In this document: in pieces, positions 39,797 through 51,095 of the stretch
Numbering within the stretch: the first letter of the stretch is position 1
Layout: every line of letters begins with the position of its first letter
From: Squalus acanthias
Lineage: Eukaryota
Assembly: GCA_030390025.1 (NCBI GenBank)
Contig: CM059432.1
Location: 13,082,001-13,146,000 of the forward strand
DNA: 64,000 nucleotides
Reading direction: 5' to 3'
The notes under the pieces: model-generated
What the model was told of the DNA's origin: nothing
Database searches by the model: none
The model's input: the letters and a program-made list of their open reading frames with translations, nothing else
Program-made: the position numbers and the translations under genes

Positions 39797-40808
39797 TTAA
39801 TAAAAAAATGACCAGCATTTTGTCACACCTCCTACTTTTTGCCCTTCGAGGGTGATCTCCTTCCCTTGCGCACTTCCCCCCCTTCTAACCCTACTGCTCC
39901 TCCGTAATGGGACCTCAGTGGCTGCAGCAAGGCTGGTGGAAGGCTGCTGATTGTCAGACCCTGACACTGCAGATGCCCCTGAAGGACGGCCTCGACCAGT
40001 TCTGGGCCTGGAGGGCCCGGCTGCAGACTGCACCAACTCTGCATGGGTGGCAGCAGTCTGTCCTACAGGCGGTGGCAAGTGCAGTGGAGAAGTGACAGTG
40101 TTGGCAGCAGGAATGCTGTCATCGTGAGAGAGGACAGCAACTCCCTGCTCAACCGACACACTGGCACTCCCAAGGGGCAGCACTTCAGCATCCGGAGCAA
40201 TCTGCTGGAGCACAGATTGCTGGCCTGCTGCGGCGCGGTGAGAGCCCCGGAGACATGTGAACGAACCATCGAGGTTGGCAGCAGTCACTGCTCGCGTGGC
40301 CTCAATCTGAGTCTGCATGAGAGCAGTCAGAGATGGGATCACGGCAGTCAGTGACTGAATTGCAGCACTAAGCTTTAGTGTGGCATCCGCCTGTGCTACA
40401 GCGAAGTGCTCCACACTCCTTGCCAGTGACTCAATGCATTCGGGCACCCTTCCCACTGCACCATGAGCTCAGTGTGCATGCCCACCGCCTGGGTGTTCAT
40501 TTCTGCGATCAGCCGCTCCTCCTCTGCGTCCATTGCAGTAGGAGTCGCTGGCATACTCTCCCTCTGGGGAGAAGGCCCCCGTTCTTCCCTACCCCCATGG
40601 CGTTGCTGCAGCCCGCTGGGTCCTGGAGCTTCACCCTCATCAGACCCTTCCCCCCTGCTCCCCTCCAGGGAAGGCGTGTTCCCAGTGTGGGCATGGGCTT
40701 CCTCGGGAGAGGGTGGCACTGATGCTCCGGCTTCCTCTTCCTCCTCGGCTGCAGCTTCACTCCCACTGGCAGCTTCAGGGCCCGTCTCCTCAGCTGGTGA
40801 ATCACCAT
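39797..40808 (-). pseudogene. Harbinger Myb-like protein, exon 3 (acidic low-complexity region, then a coiled-coil-like region), one frameshift near 40455
   Basis: ctccctgctttcag acceptor matches phase 1 (G|AT); ORFs 40396-40719 and 39797-40456. Confidence 0.7.
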
Positions 40809-40967
40809 CTGAAAGCAGGGAGGTACAAGAGTGGCTTTAGCGTGAGGACAGGGTGGCAGTAAGGGAGGAATAAGTGCAGCAAGTTAGCAAGTTGGATTGA
40901 AAGTGTCAAAGGCTGGTGTTGTGAGAGACAAGTGGAAGGACAGAGGACAAAAAGGTGATGACCTTAC

Positions 40968-41130
40968 CATTGCTGTCCAGAACGGGGTCGGCGTCTCCAG
41001 TGGCGACGGGACCGATCACCCGGCTTGCCACAATCCTGTGGACGCGCTCCTCAAGATCGCTGAGGGGTTGCAGCTGAGGCCGCCCTCCACCTGTCCGTTG
41101 CTGCTGTCTCCTATTATGAGCCAGCTTGGC
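40968..41130 (-). CDS. Harbinger Myb-like protein, exon 2
   Basis: ttttacttgcag acceptor, then AKLAHNRRQQQRTGGGRP... (conserved TGGG); G|gtaagg donor, phase 1. Confidence 0.82.
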
Positions 41131-41160
41131 CTGCAAGTAAAAGGACAGCATCTGAGTAAA

Positions 41161-41380
41161 TATACAGCCATGGTCTTGCCTGATGTGCCTCCCATAGGTG
41201 AATAGCCCTTACTGTATGCAGCCATGGTCTGGCCTGATGTGCCTCCCATAGGTGAATAGCCCTTACTGTATGCAGCCATGGTCTTGCCTGATGTGCCTCC
41301 CATAGGTGAATAGCCCTTACTGTATACAGCCATGGTCTTGCCTGATGTGCCTCCCATAGGTGAATAGCCCTTACTGTATG
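41161..41380. repeat. 54-bp tandem repeat, 4 copies, in intron 1 of the Myb-like gene
   Basis: Unit TATRCAGCCATGGTCTTGCCTGATGTGCCTCCCATAGGTGAATAGCCCTTACTG. Confidence 0.92.
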
Positions 41381-41522
41381 CAAAGTGTGGAATGTGTGTG
41401 TGTGTTTCATGAAAGGGCCATAGGTGTTGGATGAGTGTTGTGCATTGGGGTTTTAAGACCCTCTGGCCATAGAGTGAGGTTGAGATGGAGGGATGGAGAG
41501 GTATTGAGAAAAAGCCACTCAC

Positions 41523-41759
41523 CCTGATGACCCGAGTGAGGTCGTTGAACTTTTTGCGGCATTGAACATGGGTCCTGGGCACCATGCCCCTGGAGGAGAC
41601 GCTCTGAGCCACCTCCCTCCACACTCTTCTGTACTCGCGTGGCAAAGGCCTCCTGCCACTCTCAGGGAAGAGTATAGATCTTCTGCGCTCCACCGCGCCA
41701 ACCAGAGCATCCAAGGCCCGCTCGGTGAAGCGCTGAGCTCGTTCTCTCACCCTCTCCAT
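41523..41759 (-). CDS. Harbinger Myb/SANT-like DNA-binding protein, exon 1
   Basis: MERVRERAQRFTERALDALV...WREVA...RTHVQCRKKFNDL (trihelix pattern); AGG|gtgagt donor, phase 0. Confidence 0.88.
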
Positions 41760-42389
41760 CCTTGGCTGCAAAATGGATTCACAGGTCTCTCCAGGCCGAG
41801 ATTCAAGGCTGCAATGAGCAGGGTGTGGCTGGGGAGCAAGTTGGCCCCCCCCCCCCTTTAAGAACTGGCCGGCGCCAGTGTGTCTGTGTTCCCTCGCTAA
41901 CTGGCAGCACCTGCGCTGCGCTCGCGCGCTGAGTTAGCGCCTCACTGCTCGGCCTTTGCGCCTTAAGACAGGTGTGCAGCGCCTGATTTAGCGCTCCACT
42001 CACCTCCCGGGGCGGTAAAAGTGAAGTTTCCAGTCAGTGGCGATAATTAGCGCCAGGCGCTAATTTTTGCGTCCAGACGATATTTGCGCCCCAAACGGGG
42101 CGCGACCTAATTTTTCCTCCCAAAAGTTTAACTTCTAAAGAAAATTTCAATTATTCCAATCATGTTATCCAATATTGTGTCATGTTCAGCCAAACTATCA
42201 ACGATAAAACAAAACAACTGAGACACTTGTGTACCACGGCAGGGGTATTCAAGAGGTACTAAGGAGATGGGTGAAAATAGTGTGTTTAGCAAGATTTAAG
42301 GCTGTTTTAAAAAAATAAAAAAAGACTTGTTCTCTAACTATAGTGGAACCTTACAATAAGCTTTTTAGGAACTTCACAATAGGTTTATT

Positions 42390-42860
42390 TTATAATAAAA
42401 AGGGAATAGAAATTCAAAAAGTGATTTATTTTGAAGGGGGAAGAGGACTACCAAGTTTTGGACACCTTACTTTAGGAAGGATAGCAAGGCCATGGAGAGA
42501 GTACAAGAGAGATGCACTATGACCAAAGATGAGGATTTTGATAAAATAAACCAGAAGAAACTATTTCCCATGGTCAGCAAGTCAGTAATTGGAGGGCATA
42601 AATTTATCATCACAAAGGGGGCGGTTAAGAGAATAATTTTTTTTTTAAAATCTATGTCGTTAGGGCATGGAATGCCCCATCAGAAACAGTGGTGGAAGTA
42701 GAAACTATAATAGCTTGTAAAAGAGAAGTAGATAAGTATTTTAAAAAGAAAAAAAGGTAAGAGGATAAGGAAAGGGACTAAGTGGATAGCTCTTGCACAG
42801 AGCTGGCACAGGCATGATGGCCTGAATGAGACCTTCTTCTGTGCTGTATGGCTCCATGAC
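42390..42860 (+). mobile_element. Degraded CR1 3' fragment
   Basis: Remnants of FRKDSKAMERVQ and KLFPMV...GGHKF, followed by a CR1 3' UTR. Confidence 0.65.
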
Positions 42861-44692
42861 CTACTGTTAAAAAGCTATGCTGAGTGGCCCAAATGAACTC
42901 ATGTTTCTCCACGTGCTTTGCAATTTAATTCCATAGTCTGGTAGTTTACCAACAATAACTGGTCTAAGAGTTCCTGGCTTATCTCTGTCTTCTTTAAGGT
43001 AGGGTGCCACATTTGCTACCCTCCAGCACAATTTTTATTTGCACAGAATGTTGGAAAATTAAGGGTTCGAGTCTCTGCTAGTTCTTCCCGAGCTTCCCTC
43101 AGAATCTTCAAATGTTAAACCAACAGGCCCTACTGATTTGACTACCTTACGTTTCAGTAGCTTCTTTAGTAACATAACCTCCACTAACTGCACTACATGG
43201 GTCCCTGGGTGGTTCCACAATCTCAATAACCAGCTTCTCTGTGAAAACTGAGAAAGTATTTATTTAATATATGATGTGATATTATGCAATACAAGCCAGA
43301 AAATCCCAGGCTCAATTCAAACCCTCCAGCGGAGGTTGGGTTCCTACAATTGGTCTTTGCACCCCTAAATTAAGGAGGGGGGGAAAAGTGTTAGCTAGAT
43401 TTCCAGCTCCTGAATGCTAATTGGCAAGGTACCTTCAAAACCTAAACCAGGCAAGAGTTGGCATCTTCAGGTAAAATTTATAATGCTGGGAATGGCAATG
43501 TGTCAGATATGGATTGCAATTTAATACGGTAACATGCATCTTGTAATCTAAAATCACAAGTGCATAAATTCAGCATCAAGCAAATCTCAAAAAAAAAAAT
43601 CAGAAAACATCACAATGCCAGATCACTATATACACATTGCTGTATCAAATAGCAGTAAATCAAGTTTACTTGTAAGTAGTGGAACACATTTTAATCCAGG
43701 ATCGTTATCCCAAAATGTATTTCATACTATAAAAACTGGTGTAAAAGACCACTTGCACTTCTGCACAGACTCCCAAGTTATGAGAACTTGCAGTAAAGTG
43801 CAATTTATGCACCAGATTTCACGGTATTTTTATCTTCTGAACCCTGAAAGCAATCCAACGATGTGTCTTCAAATATTTATAAAATCATAGGTGACCCCCC
43901 CATCTGTGTTTTTAGCTCTGACTTGTTTTAAAAAAAAATACAAGAATGGGATTTCCACCCCCTTAGCAAGTTTATCCTGAAAGTTGCTGAACCACACCAT
44001 CAAGAAGGTCGGAGGTTCAATGCCCAATGTCTGCAGTAATGAAGTTTGAATTGCTTCTTTCACTTAAAGATCAGATTAGTTTGTGATCAAATTAGTTTGT
44101 TCCTTGATTTATTTACAGCAGTGTTCCTTTGATTTGAATACCATTTTGTTTCATTGGATAGATTTGCACATTTGATGTGTGAAATGTTCATATTGGTTAA
44201 GTTATGTATCTCAGTATTTGTGATATTGGATATATGTACATGGTCAATTGTACATATATGAATGAAGTATTGCAGAGTATGTACGAAAAACATTACTTCA
44301 GAAGGAAGCTAATCAAAGTGTTTGGTTTCGTATCCAATAGATTAAACAACTCAAATTCTTCCAAATTATGGTACTAGATTCAACAAGAATCTGGGCTTAT
44401 CGCCCTACTGGAGGACAAAGATACTTTACGATACACTGATACTGAAAGTTTTACGAGAAGACAGAAGCAATTGAATTTGATGTACATATCTAAAGAGACT
44501 CAAAAACAGACATCCCAGCGAAAGGTAATCAATCCATAACAGACTGTCTCATTGTATGTATGAATATGTTAATGTGTTATATATATATATATGCTTTTAT
44601 CATTTATTGAATAGTGTGTTGTAAATAAATGTTAGCCCCTTTAATCTGCATGCCTTTGATCCTATGGCAATATCCATCATTTCAAAGAGTTT

Positions 44693-44931
44693 ATGATGTG
44701 GAGATTGACACGTTGGACCCCCTGGGACACATCTCATTGTCTTGGCTGTGCTCTTAGTGTGTCTTTGATGTAGGGAAAGATTTGAATACATTTTTTCTGT
44801 GTTTATATTGTGAATTCTGGGAGATTCTCTCACAGCTACCCTACCTGAAGAAGGAGCGACAGCTCCGAAAGCTTGTAAAATTAAATAAATCTGTTGGACT
44901 ATAACCTGGTGTTGTGCGACTTCTCATTTTT
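44693..44931 (+). mobile_element. Penelope-like pLTR fragment from a diverged subfamily, with a hammerhead motif
   Basis: Homologous to 59830-60128; 13-bp TSD TT(T/C)CAAAGAGTTT (44680-44692 and 44932-44944); begins with an inverted piece of the tail, ATGATGTGGAGAT. Confidence 0.8.
44842..44877 (+). ncRNA. Minimal type-I hammerhead ribozyme motif
   Basis: uac-CUGAAGA-a-ggagc(gaca)gcucc-GAA-AGCU-U-gua. Confidence 0.7.
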
Positions 44932-45847
44932 TTCCAAAGAGTTTGTTAGTGTAACGCAAGTCTAAATCAAATCAAGTAAATAGATTACAGCAAGTACAAG
45001 CTGTTAATCCCTTGCATACACACCGTCAAAGTAAAAGGGCTAAGATCTGCTCATCTGTTAAACCATTGAGACAAACTGCTGAATGAAAATGCAAAATTAT
45101 AACACTTGTTGACTTGCATTAGGCAGAGCATTACCATTGCCCTCAATTACACTGGCTTATGGGCGGGACAAGCAGAGATGGTGAAGAGAAGAGAGTGAGA
45201 GTTCTTGCTCCTCTTCATTATCCAGTAACGGCTGGAAGTACATGTGTGGACCTCAGGTGATAACATCAGGTGAGTAAAGGATCAGGCTCAGCTGTGATGC
45301 ACCCCATTCTAATAAACCTGCAGACACACAGTCAAAGCTCAAGTGAATAGTGTCCACTTAGTCCAAGTACTGGAGGAAGACTGCTGACCATCAGTCAGAG
45401 CCATGGTAAGGAAAAAACACATTTTAGAAACAAGAAAAGCTCATTATTAGGCACAACCAGTTTATCCCTCTTAACTATTTAAACACAATTCTGTACTATA
45501 ATGGTGTCTTTATATGCATTATATGGAAGTAAAGCTTCTGTACTTTTACTGGAGGATGCATTCAAAGGCAGTCAAGTAAGTTGGCGTACTGGTGCAATGC
45601 AACACAGTAGGTTCCAAGCTCGTATCTGCAATTCTGTGGCACACTACACTGGCTCATCAACTTACTCAACTGCCTTTGTACACATATTCTAATAAATGGT
45701 CCAAAAACCTCCCTATCTCACCCAGGCCAACTGATCACACCAATTCTCGTGGAAGGAGAAGGGAAATGCATGTATTACAATCATGTACCCTCTAGCAAAC
45801 AAATCTTGAGCAGCACTAGTTGAGGCCTGGAAGCAAGTGGCCTAAGT

Positions 45848-46110
45848 AGAATCACAGAAGGAGGCCATTCGGCCCATCGTGTCTGTGCCGGCCGAAAAAG
45901 AGCTAACCAGCCTAATCCCACTTTCCAGCTCTTGGCCCGTAGCCCTGTAGGTTACGGCACTTCAAGTGCATATCCAAGCACTTTTTAAATGCAATGAGGG
46001 TTTCTGCCTCTACCACCCTTTCAGGTAGTGAGCTCCAGACCCCCACTACCCTCTGGGTGAAAAAAATTCTCAATTCCCCTCTAATCCTTCTACCAATTAC
46101 TTTAAATCTA
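45848..46110 (-). mobile_element. CR1 3' fragment
   Basis: FFTQRVVGVWSSLPERVVEA...GYGPRAGKWD. Confidence 0.85.
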
Positions 46111-46538
46111 TACTTATAATTACACTCCGTTAAATAATGTATAATGGAAATGTAAAACACAACAGGAAACAAAAGTATGACAAGTGAAGAAACTGAATTT
46201 TTAAAAGGAATATTACTCGACAATATGCTTGATCGCGTCAGTCCATTCTGTACATACAGTCGAAGCCATTCCTTGGTCAACCTGAAATGGGTGCATTAGT
46301 ACGGCGCAGAAGGAATCCTTTCCCTTTCTCCATTCCTTCCCTCCCCATGCCAGTGTCTGGTGGAGATTCAACCTCCGATCACCTCATTGATTGTACCAGC
46401 CGCTTGAGTGGTTCCAGTATCTGGTGTTAATCTCTCAGATTAAGAGTAACATTCTTCTGCCAACATATCTTGACAGACCTCCAGGAATGAATGTGTTATA
46501 CTGTGCAAAGCTTTTTGTACTGGTTCATAAAGGCTTAC

Positions 46539-46718
46539 TTTCAGCTGTCGATTCTCATCTGTAACTTTCACCAACTCAACTTGAAGCCTCTTGCATTCTT
46601 CCATTAGTTTCCTCACTTCAGTGTCATCCAGTGAAGCACTGGCAGATTTTGGCATTGCCGGTCCATCTGATTTAGGTGCATTCGTTATTCCAGCAGATTT
46701 GCTTATTTCAAGATCATT
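46539..46718 (-). CDS. VAPA: VAPA(-like) coiled-coil exon (180 nt)
   Basis: cag acceptor, NDLEISKS...DGPAMPK...[32 protein letters not shown], gtaag donor; phase 0/0. Confidence 0.93.
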
Positions 46719-47883
46719 CTGTAAACATTTTAAAAAAGGAGCATTATTTATGCTTAATGCACTTATGAAAACTTGTTTACACACAAATGAAGTACAGCAG
46801 TGTGAAACACATATGTATACCCAATGTCTTAAAAAAAATGTTTTTTGGTCAACTACAAGCATTTACAGACGAGTTATTCTAACAGGATTCTCAACATATA
46901 AGGTAGATACTTCCTTTAAACATTGATTATTTAGCTCATGCACTAACACTACTTTGAAAGAAAAATCTTCTCCCACAGAAAATAGATATGTATTTACACT
47001 TAATACTTGTGCCCTCTCTTATCAATTTAACTCAGATATGATCACTTAGTAATCTTTTGGTATATCTCCCATTACTCAAATATTTAAATGATGTATTAAA
47101 ATATACAGAACTGCTACATCTTTCATCACCTGCACATTGTGAATAATGTTCCTTTTTGTCTTAGCAGAGTGTTGTAATGTTTGAAAATACCAGGAAATTG
47201 GCAAGTATTTGCATTATAAAAGTTCCCTTGCTGCCATTTAAAATTTGAGATTACATACGGCAATGAAGAAAACCTACCACAGTATCTCCGATAAAACTTA
47301 AAATATTTTGTTTGACACCGTTTCTGCTGAATACATCCATCTAACTTTGTACAACTGTAAATGTACAGGTTCAAATGTTAAAAGAAAAAACTTCTAAATT
47401 AAAAAAAAAACAGTATTTACTCCATTACTTATGCATACCTAAAGACCTGCTTATGGTTCAGAATCTAGAAAACCCTATCCACCTTCTGCAAAAATGTCAA
47501 ACATATATGCAACCAGAAGAACAGTGGACTCCTCTTATTGTCTTTTTGTCAGTTTTCTAAACTGTTAATTCTTCAATTTTTGTTACAGTACATTTTTGTC
47601 ACACCAGTCAGATGAGTGCTCACAGCTCCCTCAAGATGGGAAAAGAAAATTAAATCCCCATTGCACTGCAGCAGCAGTCATCTGAAAAAAGGCCACTGCA
47701 TTTTGATTTGATTTGATTGCAGAATAATTAAATTTAAATGCTTTGTGCCAGAGAAACTACATATGGAGTGTCATATTTTCCCCCATTATTAGTTGCAAAC
47801 GTGACAACAGGAATCCACTGTACGATTCTTGCTGCAATACTTGCATTAATCCTAAACTGAACTACTTGCTCACTAGAACAGAC

Positions 47884-48150
47884 CTGGACCTTTTGCACTG
47901 TGGTTTCACTGGTTGGGGCAGATATAAATCCCTGCAGGTCACTTCTATGGCTACCACTGATTGGAGTCTGACGGTTGCCACCACGGATTGGAGTATGAAA
48001 CCTGAGCGCATTTCCTGGTGTGGGTACAGCACGTGGAGGTGGTCGAGCACTGTCATAATAGTGCACAAAGCTGTGCAGATCCATCTTTGCTGTATCTAAT
48101 GGGGTGTCTAAATCACTGCCTAATGGATCGCATTCTACAATCTCGTTCTG
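47884..48150 (-). CDS. Candidate alternative cassette exon of the VAPA-like gene (267 nt, 89 aa)
   Basis: ttttttttttctatgtag acceptor, stop-free phase-0 frame QNEIVECD...PPPRAVPTPGNALRF...TVQKVQ, CAG|gtctgt donor; the donor choice is uncertain. Confidence 0.5.
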
Positions 48151-49982
48151 CTACATAGAAAAAAAAACTTCAGATAGATACATGCAATAATAACTAGCTT
48201 CTCTTTTGACTCTTATAAGCAGAGCTTGCATTTTTTGTTTTTGAGGTCTTTTAGTATTTTTGTCCTAAAAGAAAAGCACACATTATTTAAGAGAATACAG
48301 TTATCCGATAAATGGCACACTCCTCTGCTGGTTTTTGAGTCAAATATTCCAATAAATTGACATAAGTTTTGTCCACTGTTACCAATGGCATATTTACAGA
48401 AGGGGGAAGAATTTTTAAACAAATATATATACACACACACGTCCAATTGCTTATAACAAAAATGCATGCCCTTCTTATAAGCCAAGTCCTCTGTTAACCT
48501 TGAAAGCACTCGTCACTGCATTTGTTGCATCAATCATACAAAGTTACTATTTCAATGAGGTCACTAGTCTTTCAACAAAGCACAATACTGGGCATGTGAA
48601 AGTTTTATACTGTGTCCATTTGAACAATTATAACGACAAGAGCCACACAGCACAATTAGATTTTTGTCCTTCCAAGTCTGGGAAGTAGCAAGACCTCTAA
48701 GACACCAATGGGAGCAAATTGAGGTGACTTAGTCTGACTTGCCCTGTATCACATTTGTACTAATATTTTAAATACACGTAGTAACAACACTGATTTAGTT
48801 ATTCACTAGATTAAGTTTTAAGCCCACAATCTTGAATTTAGTATGTTTATATGCTCTTGCAATAATTCTGTTAAATACTTCACAGCAAGCACTTGGTCTA
48901 ATTCCAAATTAAATGGGGAAAAAAACTACTATAGAAAGTCAATTCAACTAAAGAAAACGTGAGTGCTTTGGCTAATGCAAGACAGTGAGAACTGAGGTCA
49001 GCAATAATAAAGGAAATAAGGGAATTACTGATTATGGTTATAGACTGTCCAGATAAAAGATAAATGGAAAGGTTTTTACAAATCAAGGAGGCCTGTAAAA
49101 AGGCCAGAATGTTTATCACCCAGAGACTGACTAGGAAAACAGCAGATGGGGGCGGGGGGGAAAGTGAATGCTTCTGCAGGCAATGCATGTTTGCTTTCTT
49201 ATTCATTTTCTTAAAGGGAAAATGTGGTCCTTGGCTAGTCTAGATCTAATCTTTACCAATGACCCAGGTTTGATACATAAAGTGCAGAATATGCAAAAAT
49301 TATTACAATAACCATATTCAAATCAAATATGCTTATAAAGGTATACAAAAACCATAGTAATTCAAAAATAATAGACTTTAAAAAAAGAGCCTTTGAGGAA
49401 GTGACTTTTTTTTTAAACCAGTTAACTGGACACAGTAATAATTGGTAGAACATCAGAAAGTGTCTGAAGAATTGTTTGGTTCCACATTCACATATAATGG
49501 CTAAGAGAAGGAGTGATAGATTAGGAAGTCCTAACACTGGATAAATATTTGGCTTAAAACTGGGTAGAGGTCATTTGTGAGATCTCCTCAAGAGTGTGTC
49601 TTGGGACCATTGCTACTTTAATACAAAATTAACGTCCACATTTCTACATTTGCATAAGATACAAAAATGGGAAATAAGACTGAAAAATTCAACCAGATGC
49701 TTCGTCTTTGCAATTAGATAAAGAATAATTCCATTCATCAAAAGAAACTTTCTTCTAAAATTACTCAGGAAGCAAAGACAGAAAATGGTTAAAAGTTATT
49801 TACATTTGTGATAAGTAAAACAACTAGTACTAGATAGTCACTACACTTTGTGCTGTACAATCAAAGTACAGCATCTGTACAAGCAGAAAAGTTACAACTA
49901 TTCTACATGGGAGAAAAAAAGTCAAATATAACCTTCCAGAACTCAGTGAATAGTCATTTTTGTCTCTTCACTGTCCTCTTAC

Positions 49983-50063
49983 CGATTTCTCATTCTCCAA
50001 AGGCAATTCAAAGACACATCTCAGTTTGGAGTCCATGAGGTCTTCAGACTTTGCATCCTTCCA
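49983..50063 (-). CDS. VAPA: VAPA(-like) exon at the end of the MSP domain (81 nt)
   Basis: tttccttag acceptor, [27 protein letters not shown], gtaag donor; not in the ORF track. Confidence 0.93.
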
Positions 50064-50744
50064 CTAAGGAAATGAAAAAAGTCTGTGTAAATAACCACTC
50101 CTTGGACACAGAAAAATCATCAAAAATTATCAGTAGAAACAGTAGCACAAACAGTGAAGAACTCACTTTAAAACTGTTCAACAACCTATCCCAAAGCACA
50201 CTCTGTCTGCAGACGAGAGACAGTCAGTTCAATAATGCACATCACAAGCTTTCAATTAAAATAAAAAATTTTAAAGGCCACTTTTCTAAGGTTAAAGTGG
50301 AAATGTGCCAGAAATCTGGAGATTTTCATGCCGAAAAGTGCAGCATTGACTGTAGAATTCCAGACTAGTATTTTGATAAAGGTGCAACATTTTCAAATCA
50401 AGAACAGTATTTTTTGAATTTAGGAAACAAATTAAAGAAATGCCTAGTCTAAGGCGAATAGCGCCTTTTTAGTATGATACAATTACAGAACAAATCAAAT
50501 GTGCTTCAAGCTTTCTTGGTAGATCACAGTTAACTGGACTACAGTGAAATACTTTCCAGCACCCAGTTTTCTAAAAAATTAAATAGATCTTAAGAAACCA
50601 TGGGTTCAAATGGGTCTGACACAGGTATTTTAAAATTTTGTACAAACTTTTCACAAACCTACACATCACTGGATGTTCCCAAAATTGAATTTACCACCAA
50701 CAGGCAGGCGATGGGCTGCAACGACTGCAATTAACACCGTTCAA

Positions 50745-51095
50745 TGAATCATAGAATAGTACAGCACAAAAGGAGGCCATTCGCCCCATCGAGTCTGCGG
50801 CAGCTCTTTCGAAGAGCAATCCAGGTTGTCCCACTCCACGCTCTTGGCCCATATCCCTGCAATCCTTTCTCCTTCAAGTATTTATCCAATTTCATTTGGA
50901 GGGCTACTACTGAATCTGTTCCCACCACCCTATCAGGCAGTGCATTCTAAATCCCAAACACTTGTTGCGTAAAAAAGTTATTCCTTACGTTGCCTCTGAT
51001 TCTTTTGCCAATCACCTTAAATCTGTGCCCTCTGATTATCGACTCTTCAGCTATTGGAAACAGTTTCTCTTTATTTACTCTAGCTAAACCCTTAA
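50745..51095 (-). mobile_element. CR1 3' fragment
   Basis: Same subfamily as 13955-14302. Confidence 0.8.

Larger units (their letters stand above)
37851..42120 (+). mobile_element. Full-length PIF/Harbinger DNA transposon
   Basis: TIRs GGGGGAAAAATT and AATTTTTCCTCC; flanks TAA and CAA (a 3-bp TAA-type TSD with one mismatch); two convergent genes. Confidence 0.93.

Noticed and set aside
46719..46862. N-terminal extension of the 140-aa ORF over the VAPA exon
   Set aside because: Intronic read-through upstream of the canonical acceptor at 46719-46720
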